Positions 47,147 through 59,700 of a stretch of 64,000 nt of DNA are shown one piece after another. How positions within the stretch are numbered: position 1 is the stretch's first letter; every line of letters begins with the position of its first letter. The notes beneath the pieces are model-generated. The model was given only the letters and a program-made list of their open reading frames with translations. It did no database searches and was not told where the DNA came from. The stretch is taken from the sequence record NC_070952.1; one strand, written 5' to 3'. The position numbers and the translations under genes were made by a program.

Positions 47147-47695
47147 ATGAATTTTTCTATAGCTGAAAATCATAAACACGATCTCTATATCGGTGACTTG
47201 GTCATTGAATTCACCTCGTTTGACTTATGTGCCCTGTGTATTTACTTGGCATATGTGGCAAATACCGAAAGTGAGAAATGTCATCAGTTCTTACTTAATA
47301 AGGATACTGATAAAAATACTTTCAGTATCTATTACGGTCACGATGATATATTTATCATAAACAGTGACGATAATCCATCACAAGAAGTCACTCGAGATGA
47401 GTTACGTATACTGGGTGGGATTATTGCTGAGTACACTCAGTATGATCAATACACTGAACGTATGTTGGGGACTGGCGAGTGGGAGATTCCAGAAGCGGAG
47501 CTTTATTACCACCTTACTTCAACAGACGTTGTTGCGATCGTGTATCAAAACCATCCTGAAATATCTAATGTTTATGTTGGCCTGTATCTCAGTGATACGG
47601 GGTGCTGTTGGGGTGTAATTGGTCCACATCAAAGCAACGACGAGTTCGATCGTAACTTCGTATTCACTAAAGAAATTTTAGCGGGACAAATCTAA
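47147..47695 (+). CDS. Hypothetical protein
   Basis: 182-aa ORF, last gene of the plus-strand block. Confidence 0.65.
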   Translation: MNFSIAENHKHDLYIGDLVIEFTSFDLCALCIYLAYVANTESEKCHQFLLNKDTDKNTFSIYYGHDDIFIINSDDNPSQEVTRDELRILGGIIAEYTQYDQYTERMLGTGEWEIPEAELYYHLTSTDVVAIVYQNHPEISNVYVGLYLSDTGCCWGVIGPHQSNDEFDRNFVFTKEILAGQI

Positions 47696-47705
47696 ACAAA
47701 CATAA

Positions 47706-47736
47706 TAGAGAACCTACCCAATGGGTAGGTTCTCTA
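47706..47736. terminator. Bidirectional terminator at the strand switch
   Basis: tagagaacctaccca-a-tgggtaggttctcta with a T-tract. Confidence 0.75.
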
Positions 47737-47866
47737 GTTTAGTCTTATTTTTTTTTGTTTAATAAAGGGATTACCCTGAGTGATATCCAGAACCTTTATT
47801 CAAACTCTGGTGTTGTCAAATGCTTACTCCACATAAACATCTTACTCAACAGCAGAACTTATCAAT

Positions 47867-48751
47867 TTATAAATTGATAAGCGTGCCGATAGTTACATTG
47901 ACTTTGGTGGTATAGCTCCACACTAATCCATTAACAACATAGTCAAACGTGTAATTCACCGTTCTCACTATGGATAACAGATCCACCTTAATGACTACGA
48001 AGCTTCCATCATCATTAAATTTCAAGTAACTGTCTGCGGCTTTAATATTTTTAACGAGCTTGGTCACATCTTTGGTTCCATCCATAATCTTGAATGGAAA
48101 CGCCTGCACACTACCCTTACCTTTAAGATTAATCACACCGGTAGTTGTGATGACTAGAGTGGGTTTCAGTGCGTAAGTCAATACAGATTTGGCACCACTT
48201 GAATAATACTGGGCAACTAATGATTGTTCTTTAGTGGGTAGTAGATTGACATCAGCGCTACTATTGATCTTTACCCTCACCCCATCTTTATTCCGAGAGA
48301 CAATAGTAATATTGTCACCCACCGTTGATAGTTTAAGGAAAGCGTCGGTAGCAATTACTGATTGAGTTCCATTCAGCCATTTTATCGTTATATCAACTTC
48401 TTCGCCTGGGATCCATTTAAACGTCGATGGATTAATACTAAATACAGCAAGTGATGCAGGAAGAACAGAAACATCCAATTCTTTCGTAACGGTCTTTATG
48501 TCTTCACCCTCCAACTCAGTGTCTGGATAAGTGAATGTAATTTTGCCTTTACCAGAAGAAACGGCTTGTGCAATCACAGGGATGTACGCACTGACTTTAT
48601 CCATACCGGTCAGGTCTTTACCCAATAAGATCATGCCCTTCATGTCAGTCTTAGTCCAGTCAACCATTATTCTATCTATAACAGGCTTACCCTCAAATGT
48701 AGGTGTAATTTTAATTGAACCTGTTTGTCCTTCAAGGATTTTAATATTCAT
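47867..48751 (-). CDS. Three-domain Ig-like repeat protein (putative fibre cap)
   Basis: Same three domain types as the 3445-aa protein; begins one strand into an A-type domain and has no C-terminal extension. Confidence 0.7.
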   Translation of the reverse strand: MNIKILEGQTGSIKITPTFEGKPVIDRIMVDWTKTDMKGMILLGKDLTGMDKVSAYIPVIAQAVSSGKGKITFTYPDTELEGEDIKTVTKELDVSVLPASLAVFSINPSTFKWIPGEEVDITIKWLNGTQSVIATDAFLKLSTVGDNITIVSRNKDGVRVKINSSADVNLLPTKEQSLVAQYYSSGAKSVLTYALKPTLVITTTGVINLKGKGSVQAFPFKIMDGTKDVTKLVKNIKAADSYLKFNDDGSFVVIKVDLLSIVRTVNYTFDYVVNGLVWSYTTKVNVTIGTLINL

Positions 48752-48771
48752 TACTGCTCCCGTTAATAAGA

Positions 48772-48804
48772 AGAGGAGAGGACCCCTTGCGGAATCCTCT
48801 CTCT
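48772..48804 (-). terminator. Intra-operon terminator with GCAA loop (minus strand)
   Basis: On minus: agagagaggattcc-gcaa-ggggtcctctcctct followed by tctt. Confidence 0.55.
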
Positions 48805-48811
48805 AATTAGA

Positions 48812-49486
48812 TTACTGTTCCATCTGAACATCAAAACGATTAGTAGGGATACTACCGTCGTTGATGTTGGTATTAAGAACAACGTCAGCTTCCAGAGAGT
48901 AAGCTTCGCCGTTATCAGTACCAGCAATGGTAACTTTAGCGGTTGCGGTAACAACTTCAGATTCGCTTGACTGGATAGATTTGAAGGTATCGACACCGTC
49001 AACGATGCTGAACTCAAACTTATCAGCAATGCTAGCTGCATCAACAGTCACACTGGTTACAGAACTGGAGATGTCTTCATCACCCTTCATAACTTTGAAG
49101 GTCAGTGGCTGAGTAGCCCACAGGTCCATTGTCAGAGGGGTAGAGACATCAGCCAGTGAAGCAGCAACTTCAGCAGCGGTAATGGTCAGGTTGATAGTCC
49201 TGGTTGAGGTGCCCCAGTTAGGTGTATCTTCATGACCGGCGCCAGCTTTAGTATACTGGAAAACGATCGTTGCTTCTTGAACACCAACAGCGATTGCGGT
49301 CAGGGGAACAGTCAGCAAACCAGTAGCACTGTCGGCGACCAGGTCACCCAAGGTAACCAGACCTTTGAAATCTGAGGCATCGGTGTCAATTACGACATCA
49401 CCGACAACGTTAACGTTCTCAAAGAGAGGTTTAACAACAACGTTGCCAACTTGGCCGTTGACAATACTCAGTTCTTTATCTGCCAT
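48812..49486 (-). CDS. Two-domain Ig-like repeat protein with C-terminal NRF strand
   Basis: A+B domains; ends IPTNRFDVQMEQ; strong TAAGGA RBS. Confidence 0.75.
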   Translation of the reverse strand: MADKELSIVNGQVGNVVVKPLFENVNVVGDVVIDTDASDFKGLVTLGDLVADSATGLLTVPLTAIAVGVQEATIVFQYTKAGAGHEDTPNWGTSTRTINLTITAAEVAASLADVSTPLTMDLWATQPLTFKVMKGDEDISSSVTSVTVDAASIADKFEFSIVDGVDTFKSIQSSESEVVTATAKVTIAGTDNGEAYSLEADVVLNTNINDGSIPTNRFDVQMEQ

Positions 49487-49502
49487 TTTTACTAATCCTT
49501 AA

Positions 49503-50693
49503 TTATACAAATTCGATATTGAAACGATTAGCAGGAATACCAGTTGTATTGGCCTTCACTACCACGTCAATAGTCATTGGAATGACGTGCTCGGTACCTT
49601 GATAGGTAACGTACACATCTACCATAGCATCGATAATAAGATCTTCATCGGTGCGTGCGGTAACAGCTTGGTACCCCCAGTGGGTATCGTCGACTTTAAC
49701 AAGCTCGATAGCGTCGTTAGGATCAGTTCGATCAACAACGTTTGTAACACTTGATGTAATATCCGTATCACTCAGCATTACTTTATAATTAATCGGTTTG
49801 GTTTCCCACAGATTCAAGGTCATATCTGTAGTACCATCTTCGATAGTTGGCTCAACAACCTCTGCAGTTATTGTGAACTTAACTGGGAGTGTAACGACAT
49901 CGCCGTCACCTTGCCCGCCAAACACATTAACCATCAGGTTGAGAGTATCATCGCCAGCTTTGGTTGCTGTCCAAGGGATATTGAGGAATCCATCGGCATA
50001 GCTAGCGTCGCCCAACGTGATGTAATCCAGCATAACAGTGCCAGGATACACACCTGCTGCCGACGTCACATCGTTATTACGTTGGATAACCTTAACTTTC
50101 AAGGTTCCCGTATCGCCATTTGCTGCTGATACTGTATCTGGATCAACAGTACCTTTGATGATTACTCCGTCCCAGGCTGCTATAACAAAAGGTACCGTTA
50201 CAGTTTCTGATCTAGTATCATCACCAATTTGCAGATCGTAGGTATACACAACATTTTCAGTGTGTTCGGTGCTTTCAGCATCTTGAACATACCAGCCTGT
50301 TGGTGTACCTGTTACATAAGCATTGTCAGCAATAACCACATTACTGATGCTCGACGTTTTATCTGTGCCGTTTACATCGACTGTAAACGGAACCCCTTCA
50401 CCTTCTTCCCAGATAGTTACATTCTGAGTGATTGGTGTTGTTGTAATAACAGTAGGTTTATGAATGAACGTCATAGGAACGACAAGTTTATGTGTTCCTT
50501 TATAGAGAAATGTCAGGTTAAGATTATACGTTGTTTCCTGTTCAACATCACCCAAAAAAGAGTACGTAATCGTACTCTCTTCGATTTTGGAAATCTGGAC
50601 GACCGGATGATCGTCCAGGGTAATGACTAAATCAGAATCCAAGTTACTTAACGTCTGACCATTAACACGTAACGACTGGTTAGTGTCGGTCAT
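49503..50693 (-). CDS. Four-domain Ig-like repeat protein with C-terminal NRF strand
   Basis: Partial C, B, A, B domains; ends IPANRFNIEFV; AAGGA RBS. Confidence 0.75.
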   Translation of the reverse strand: MTDTNQSLRVNGQTLSNLDSDLVITLDDHPVVQISKIEESTITYSFLGDVEQETTYNLNLTFLYKGTHKLVVPMTFIHKPTVITTTPITQNVTIWEEGEGVPFTVDVNGTDKTSSISNVVIADNAYVTGTPTGWYVQDAESTEHTENVVYTYDLQIGDDTRSETVTVPFVIAAWDGVIIKGTVDPDTVSAANGDTGTLKVKVIQRNNDVTSAAGVYPGTVMLDYITLGDASYADGFLNIPWTATKAGDDTLNLMVNVFGGQGDGDVVTLPVKFTITAEVVEPTIEDGTTDMTLNLWETKPINYKVMLSDTDITSSVTNVVDRTDPNDAIELVKVDDTHWGYQAVTARTDEDLIIDAMVDVYVTYQGTEHVIPMTIDVVVKANTTGIPANRFNIEFV

Positions 50694-50707
50694 GAAATAA
50701 CTTTCCT

Positions 50708-53700
50708 TTATTCGTCAGTTGGAAGAATGACACTCTGAGTCAGAGTTACAGGTGTGTTTTGATAACCGGTACCAGAGGTTTCGAAGTCTTCAGATTCTTC
50801 CATCGAAGCGTAATTCACTTCAGCAGGAACAATAATATCCAAATAATCCTTACCACTAACATTTCCGGTCGCACCATTCACCGTAATATGGATAGTCAGG
50901 TTATCTTTACCAACTTTGGTGCCGGTGACAGGAATAACAACTGTACCATTATCTCCAGTGGTTGGAGCCCCAAACGTCACCAGACCTTTTGCATCACTAC
51001 TACCAGGAACGAACGTCACATTGCCCGCTAATGTGTCATCACCAACTTTACCCGTCAAGATAACCTGCCCTGTTTCACCGTAGGTGATCGGGGTCATGCT
51101 TCCTGTTGCAGAGACAGGTTGGGTTTCTTCATTAGGTTGGATACTGAAGACCACATCTTGATTTACGGTCCATGTAGAATAACCATTATTCACGGTTACT
51201 TGATAACTCACGGTATCAGACAGTGTCTTATAATTATCACTGGCAATGATAGTCCACGCATTGTTCAGACCAGGTCCCACTTTCACACGGTTGTTAGCCG
51301 CTGTGCCAGCAATCGAAATAATCCAATTTGACGGGACAGGGTTCCCACTCACATTAATAATGAATGGAAGCGTCGAACTAGTGTCGTTAAGTTTTCCACT
51401 GACCACCTGAACATTACTTACGGTTGGTTGTCCGGTATAACCTTTAACCAGGTAATTAACATTCTGATCGACTACCAGGTTATTACCTTTATACGTAATC
51501 GCATAGCTGATAGTCACCGTGGTGTTTGTATCGCCAGTACGCGCATTGTAGCAATACCACTTACCGTTTTGCAGCTTGATGTAATCGTTGCTTGAAACAG
51601 CGGTGATGGTTGCTTGAGAGGTAATATCCGTACCCGCATCATCGGTGAGTTTAAACGGCAGTCCACCACTTTGGTTCAAGTTGGCTTCAACTGTTTGTAA
51701 TCCACTGACGGTTGGGAAGGTCAGGTTCGAGATTTGCGTGACATCCACAAAGAAACTGGATTGGTTTACAACGCCACCTAACGGGTTAACAGTAAACTTG
51801 ACTCGGGTGGTTTTCTGAGGAGTAGAAGTTAACTCTTTCAGGAACCATACCGGCTCAAATCCAACGTTTGAAGCATATCCGACACCCAAGATATTTGGAT
51901 CCGTAATGGCAGCACCCGTTGTTGTATTCCCGCCAACGTTATTCTGGATAAGATCCAGACCACGTCTAATCCGATAGTTCAAGCGAATGGTGGTACCTGC
52001 AGAGGTGCCATCGCCGTAACTACCTGAGAGAGTCGCGTCATTGGAAATCACATAGAAACGATCAGGCAGATAAACGTAAGACGGTACAGTGACTTTAACG
52101 TAATCCTTACCTTCAACAGCCGTTGCATCGTTCTCCTTAGAAAGAAGGCCGAAATACAATGTACCGTTTTGGCTGACGTCCATATCGGTCAACCCAGTTG
52201 GGAAGAAGGCTGCGTAGTAATAAACGCCGCTTGTTAATGTCACAGTGACTGTCTTAGGTGTTCCACTTGTGCAACCAGGGAAGTTAGACTTGCTTGTCCA
52301 AACACCGAAAGTCTTATTCAGTGTGTTAACATCAAGCGCCACACCTCGGTAAGATCCATTTACAGTCAGCGCTGTCGTGTTGTTGGCCGTTGTTCCAGTA
52401 CTGACCTGACCGGTGATGCCGTTGTTAAAGGTAGCGAGGTTACTCAAAGCAATAACAAGGTCGATACCGTTATACGCAGCAATGGTAAACTGAACCGCCT
52501 GAACAACAGTGTGATCACGAACACCATCTGTATAGACAACAGTAAATTCAATTTGAGCAACTGTACTCGCATTGATGTTATTGTAGATTTCCCACCAACG
52601 TGTCGTAGTACCTGGAGTGGTTTCAGGACGACGCACATACGGGTTATCTTTAATAGTCACAGATTTGATCGAACTGGTTGGAATTGCTTTACCGTTCTGG
52701 GTTATCGTAAATGCAGGTCCGCCCACATCCCACACTTTTCCGCTTACCGCAGTTGGTGTAGTAACAATCGTGTCGCCAGCCTTCGTCCCTTTAATCACCA
52801 CTTTCTGATTATAGGTGCGTGTGCTGTTGACAGCGACGCTGTTTAGTGTTGCGGTACATTTCATAGCAACCGTAGCATCTACAGTGATGTCATCACCACG
52901 GTTATCGTAATCAACTTGGAAGTTGATACCGGTCGCCGTCGCAAAGTTCGTTGTAGGTTTGCTCAGTACCCCACTTAATGCTGCTGCATTACTTAACGTC
53001 CATGCCATACCGCCAGCGTTGGCTGCAATCACGTTTTGTGCAACGTCTTTACCGACACTGAATTTAACCGGTGCGGAAAGCACTGAACCAAACTGCCCCG
53101 TTGCCGTTGCAGGTTCTGTATCACCAGGATACAAGAACAAGGCATTCTGATAAATGACCGCGTTAGGAACATCGATCTCAAGGTAGTTTTTACCAAGAGT
53201 TCCGGCTGGCCATTGATCGTAACCGGCACCAATAAAGTTAACCGGAAGCTTAACCCCCACTTGTTGGATGGTAGACCCGAAGGAATAATAGACCCAGTTT
53301 GAAGGAGTAACAAAGTCAATGGTACCGAACATCATTCCGGTATTGTTATTGACGGATCTTAACAATGCCGTACTACTTGAACGCTGGTTGTAAGGAACGT
53401 TTTGACCTCGGAATGTCATGCCGAAGAAGAATGACTTACTTGGTGATGGAGCGACCGCGACAGGTGTGGCAGAGAAATTTGTCAGACTCCAGGTCAACTC
53501 ATTACCGTCATACGCTGCAAGCGTCACAGGCAGAATGACTTTAATGATCCTTCCGTTATAAGCAGCCGGTAATGCGATACCGACAGTCAAGTTGAATGAC
53601 TGTGCCGGAATAGCCGTATCACTGTAAAGCTGAATGGTTGGGTTGGTGTCAGTAGAGATAACTCGGAACAAGTCATTACTGAGTGAAGCAACCCTGGACG

Positions 53701-56700
53701 CGGTTACCAGTTCAGTATCGCCATCCTTAATGCTCACCATCGCACCAAGACGCTGACGTCCCCACATTGTCCAGCTGTTGGAGCCGAGGTCCGTAACCGT
53801 AAGGTCATAGAAACTGGTACTGACAGATACACGATCAACACCAATTGTTGGTGAAGCACTGGCATCAGCTTTATCCCATACAAAGATCATTGACCCTTGA
53901 TAAACCTGAGTCATCTCTATTTTGAGATAAGTGATTCCAGTCGTGTCGTCATAACGCTGACTAACTACTTTAAAGTAGTCCGCAAACTTCTGCGTGCCAT
54001 TACCAGACAGTTCAGGTTTGAATACTCCTTTACTGTACTTGTAGTTACGCCATAACAGTGTGAACGGAAGTTCAGCTTGGTCACCCACATCCTGCATCAG
54101 GTTTTTAGCAATGCTGGTAGAACCTTGGAACTCAGGTGTTGGGTTTGCACCGTCACCCGGCCTAATATAAATAAAGTTTCCATCAACAGAAACAGTGCTG
54201 CCACGATAAGGAACATTCAATTTCCATTTCGTTGTACGACTCTGTTGACTACTACTGTAATTTTTATTAGTGATCCACCACCACGTCCCTGCTACTGGGT
54301 TGTCCAGAGAGAGTTGCATGTAGTTCGATGTAACCGGATCCCCAGACCCTACCATGTCATCGACACAACTTGTTGGTACCGCTTGCGCAGTAACGTCAAC
54401 ACCACCGGTAACCACTTTAAATGGATTTGGTCCATAGGTCCACAAGTAGCCCAAGGTGTTAGTCGGGGCTGACTGAGTCACTACTGGCCAATCGGCTGGA
54501 CGTTTCAAGGTTACTGGGTAGTCGAACGTCCCTTTAGTTACATAACCCGTAGTTGGGTCAGTATACGTAAAGGTCATTGGAACAGTTGTCGGACCATCTG
54601 CGGTAGTAAATGGTGCGGTAATTTGAACAGTAATTGTGGATCCCGCCAGAGAAGTAATCTTCATTACTTTCTCATCAACCACTTTAATAACTAAAGCAGT
54701 ATTGGTATTCACAATCTGAGTATTGGTACTCAGTAAGCGAACCACCAATGCCCCTGTTACTGTATCACCGTCTCCACCTGTTACACCAGCTGCTGAAACA
54801 CCGACCAAGGAGTTTTCTTTGATATTGAGAGGAAGATCTGTAAAGCCGTAATCCACGTTCTCAACACCAGGAGTAACCCCGTCTTTCCATTTCCAGCAAA
54901 TCCGGGCGGTATCGTTTCCTTTAGCGAGTGCATTCAGCGTAAAGTTCTGCTGCATGTTACCGCCACTTACCGAGAATCCGGTAATAGAAACCAGTCCTTT
55001 CAAATCGGTTCGAGAAGGATCATACAACGATGTTGTTCCCAATACCGCTGCTGAGTTCTTATAGGTTCCCTTGAGGATCAATCCAACAGAAGCTTTACCA
55101 GTAAGATCGAGATACGTGTCCCAGCTTGCTGGGGTGATCTGAGGGTACCAGGTTTTCTGGTTCCAGGCTGCTATAGTGAAATTAATGTCCACCAAGGCAG
55201 ACCACGGCCACGAACGGTATTGTCCAATTACCCGACCAGGGACAGCATGAGTTGTCTGCGTTGTTTCCCCATAGATAATCTCATATGTTTTAGCAGGACC
55301 ACCCAGCGTGACGTACTTGTCATCTGTCTCTCCGTAGTTAGAGATAGAGGTAACACCGGAAGAGATATTCACCCCACCACACATTACCGTCGGTGACAAA
55401 CCGCCCTTTGAGAACACCTGCAACTCAGCTGTTGGCCAACCAGAGAAGTCTGGAGCTGGGCTGGTATACACCAGAGGAATCTCAACACGTCGGCTGTAGT
55501 TAGACCCGCCGTACTTGTACACCAAGTTAATGAAGTCAGAAACATTGACCGATTGGTTAGGCGCAACAATACCCGCTAAGGTGTAGTTGAAAGATGATGC
55601 ATTCCAACTGCTTAATTGCAGTACGTTCGCATTGGTAGACGAAGCTGCTCCTACTTCACGCGTGGCAGTTAAATTACCTGCAGCAATTTCAGCGGCATTG
55701 TCAATTGGAATTCCACCGAACAGGATTTGCAGATTGTAAACACCCGTATCGGTATTTCCGCCTGTCAGCAAGTTGTCACGGTTACCGATCTCAAGACCCA
55801 ACTCACCCATCACCTGGACATTAACATCAACAGACGCAACATCACGTGGATCAGGTGTGGTACCCGCATCAGGTGACCAGAAGACCAGAGTCATCTTATC
55901 CACACCTGCTTTGGCACCAGTGAAAGTAATAACGTAATTGTTGTTAACTACTTTATAGTCTTTCAGTGTGAGTTCAGCAGGAATCGTTGACAGATCCGGT
56001 TTAAAGGTAGCGTTAGCACCTGCTGGCTTGTCCTTATAAATAGGGGAACAAGTCAGGACAGTGTCATTGCCCAATGAACCTTCAATGCTGGTCGGACTCG
56101 CAGTCACTTTAAAGCGAACACTTGAAGAACCGGTTATGCGGAACGATGCATCGAAATTGACCGTTTGAAGTGCGTCAGTTCCGTCTACTTTGTAATACGC
56201 AGTCATTGGAATAGACTGAGTAGTCGTTGTAGGTTCTGCACCAATAATCTCGTAACCACGTGGAGGCGTCACTTCGATGTATTTGTTTTTCGCTCCATCA
56301 CGAAGATCAAAATGATCAATGGTACTTAACGTCACGCCGTTGAACTGAATAGCCTGTCGGAAGCTACCCAATGACCAGATAGTGACAGCAACATTATCAT
56401 TGTTGATAACAGCGACCGGTCCCATGCTTACTGCAGCACTTGTATTAAAGGTTGCAGTCTTAGGTTGCGGTGCACCCACTTCATAAGTGATGTTGATGGT
56501 CTCAGGATAAACCTTGGTTGACCCTGCGATATCAGAACGCGTTCCTTTAACGATAATCCCGTCTTTACTGGTACCCGTGATTGTAATGCCATGGACATCG
56601 GCATTCGCTAACGCGTACTTCACTCCAGGGGAGTTTGGCGGTAAATCGTAGTCACCGTACTTCAGTTGAACTTTGATCGTTGCCGTCTTACCCCAATCCA

Positions 56701-59700
56701 CAGAAACAGCGTCGTCGTAACTCACCAAAGTAAATGGTTCATTGCTAGACTGACTGGTGACTGTAAATTCGATGTAAACGAAATCAGTACCTTCTTTTTG
56801 CATACTGACATCGGACGGTGTGCCACCGCGAACGTAACAGAGTTTCATGTTACTGACGGCTTGACCGGCTAACGTGTAAGGAAGTTGGTAACTTGCAAGT
56901 GATCCATCTGCGTTGTACACCGGAACCAAATCCCCAATGGAGATGTTGGAAGGAACAGTGGAACGTGTGGCATCAATTGTCATGTCTGGTGACGGATAAC
57001 CGACATAGAGCGCTAACAAGTTGATGTTTGCAGGAATACCCGCCTGACCGTCAATCTTGGTTTGATTGGTGGTTACACGGAAATAGGTTCCATCCCAGCG
57101 ATTGATGGTGAACTTCTCAAGCACATCAATTTCATAATCAGCACCGCCCATGCTATAACCCAACAGCAGCGGTAACTGACCTACAGCTGTTCCGGCTGTT
57201 GAACCATTGGTGACATACCACTCTTGCTTGGCAGTCATGGTAACATTGGTACCACCGGCTGGCGCTACTTTATAACTGGTGATTGTTACAGTACGACCAC
57301 GTTCATCTATCAGGGTGATTGGAATCGCACCGCGATCAAAGACACTCGCTGTGATGGTCGGGTTGTTTCCAACCGAAACACTTGGAACACGAATCGTTGC
57401 CGGAACTGTCAAGGTTTTGGTATAAACTTTACCGGACACTTGATCGGTGTATTTAATCCCAATAGAGACCGTATAGTTGTAACTGGTTCCTACTGTCCCG
57501 CCTTTAGCCAACAAGAACTTCAGGCTACCTGCCAACGTGTCTTCAAGGGTAATGGCGTCTGCGACATCAACCGTTGTGGTAATTTCCATGTTGGCATCGG
57601 TCAGATCAACCGGCGTACCTGCCACATTCAAGGTCAGTGGATAATCCACTGTGTCCTCGTAGAAGCCACGGATATTGTCACCTTGGGTAATGATGTTTAG
57701 ATCATCCGGCCATGCAACCTTCGTGTCGATACTGATGCTGGTTGTGTTGGTCACATCACCACTCACACCAAACACCAACTTCATTGTACCATTACCACCC
57801 TTCGTTAAAGTATAGGGGATAACATACAACGCACGTCCACTGTCATACGCAGGCGTACCAAGAACCACAGTTGCTGGAATGGTCGACTTACTGACATCCA
57901 ACGCAACTTTGTCTGTTCCCACGTTTCCTTTATAAAGGAAGGTCGCGGTGATCTCACCACTGGTACCCGAAGCAGCATCAATTTTGTCTGGGGTATGGGA
58001 GTCAGCGATAAAGGTCACACCGTCCCAAGCAGCCAAGTTAAACTTGAAGTCGGCTGGGAGCATTTGTCCTGTGCTCAAGCCCACTGAGTAATACAAGTTC
58101 AGACCGACAATCTTTGAGGTTGCGGTAGTCTCTGCGAAAATTACTTCCCAGTTCAGTTTATTCACAGAAACATATTTGTTTCCAGAAACAACCAGTGTCT
58201 GGGACAATGCTGAAGTCCAATCCTTATCACCGGCCATCAATTTAAGCGGGAAGGTATTTTTATCCCAGATCTTGGCATCGATGGTCTGCGAAGCAGTGTA
58301 AAGAACTTCCATTGGTGGGAAGGTGGTACGCACAGTAAACGGTAAAGACAAGTTATACTGTTTACCATCAGCTGGATCAGTGTACTGAAGTCTCAGCGGA
58401 GAGTTCTCTGCAAGCGAACGCCCTACATAAGTCCATACGTCATTTATGAATGTCAATGACTCTGAACCAATATTGGTGATCTTCGCCGTACCGGTACCCG
58501 TTTTGGTGATTACCAGATTCGGGTCATTCAGTGAAAGCTTGGTACCAGAGAACTCGATATTGAGCGGCAGGTCTTTTGGTTTATCAACATCCAAATCAAT
58601 CAACGTTGGGGCATCAATAGCCTTCAGGATTTTGATCTGTACAATGTTGACATTAAGCCACAGACGTGCAATGTCGGTTTTAGCCGGGGTTGCATCCGCT
58701 TTAAGTTTACTGAAGATACACCCTTCTGACACCCCACCCTTATTTTTGGTATATGTGATCTGATACTGATTCTTAGCAGCGTCATAAGACATATTCTTAA
58801 AGGTGATGAATTCAGGCTGAACAATAAAGTCAGACATGAGTTCGCTGTCTGCAGTCACATCGTCCGCACCTTTAAAGACTTTAAAGGTCAGCTGGTAATC
58901 TTTATCTGAATTACCGGCAATGGTGAACGAAGTCGGAACAGCAACGAGGTTGGTATTGTACGGACCATCGCCCTCTCCCGGACTGTCAGGGTTGTTTTCC
59001 CCACCCGGTGCACTTGGGTCGGTTGGACCATCTGGACCGCCAGGACCGGTTCCTGTTTCGCCTGGTGCTGGACCGCCACCTGGGTTCGCCGGGTCATCAT
59101 CGTTTACAGGGAGATCTGGGTTAGTCTGACCCGGAACATATTTGGCAATGACAAAATCTTGCGCAAATTTGTAGGTCTTGACTACGCCATCAACCTGAGC
59201 GGTAAACGTAAAGTTCGCCGTGTAGTTAATGTCCTGGGTTTCACTGGCTTGTTTAACAAACCACTGATTAGGAACCTCTGGACGGTTAACGATATACTGC
59301 TGATCAACATTAGCAATTGGATCAACGGTCACAGAGCGGATTAGTCCATTGCTATTCTCACCGTTAACTTCCAGGTACCATGTTGGTCCACCGGTCTGAT
59401 AACGATTGACCGTACGTGGCTGAGGTGGCATTGGAACAATACGCACAATCGAATCAAGTTTAACTTCAACCTGAACAACGAAAGATTTAGTTTGCAGTAC
59501 ACCACGCGGATCTAACCACTGGTAAACCTGGGTAAAGGTATCGCGGGCTGATGTTCCTGGAATCTGGGAATCGTTAATCAATTCCCAACTTACAGTGGTG
59601 CTATCAACAGAAGTGATATCAACCAACTGTTTACTGCCTTGCGGTCCCGTTGCAATGCTCAGGTCCGTTAACGGAATAACCTGGTCCCCGTACGTAACCA

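Noticed and set aside
47740-47866. Small ORF or ncRNA between the cap gene and the terminator
   Set aside because: Only a 14-codon minus-strand ORF without RBS, and no stable structure recognised.
50693-50735. Programmed translational bypass or frameshift joining the giant protein to 49503
   Set aside because: 49503 has its own AAGGA RBS and ATG; no slippery heptamer or convincing hop structure was seen. Separate translation is simpler.
58960-59135. Collagen-like repeat
   Set aside because: G and P are abundant but not in a sustained Gly-X-Y register; treated as a flexible linker.
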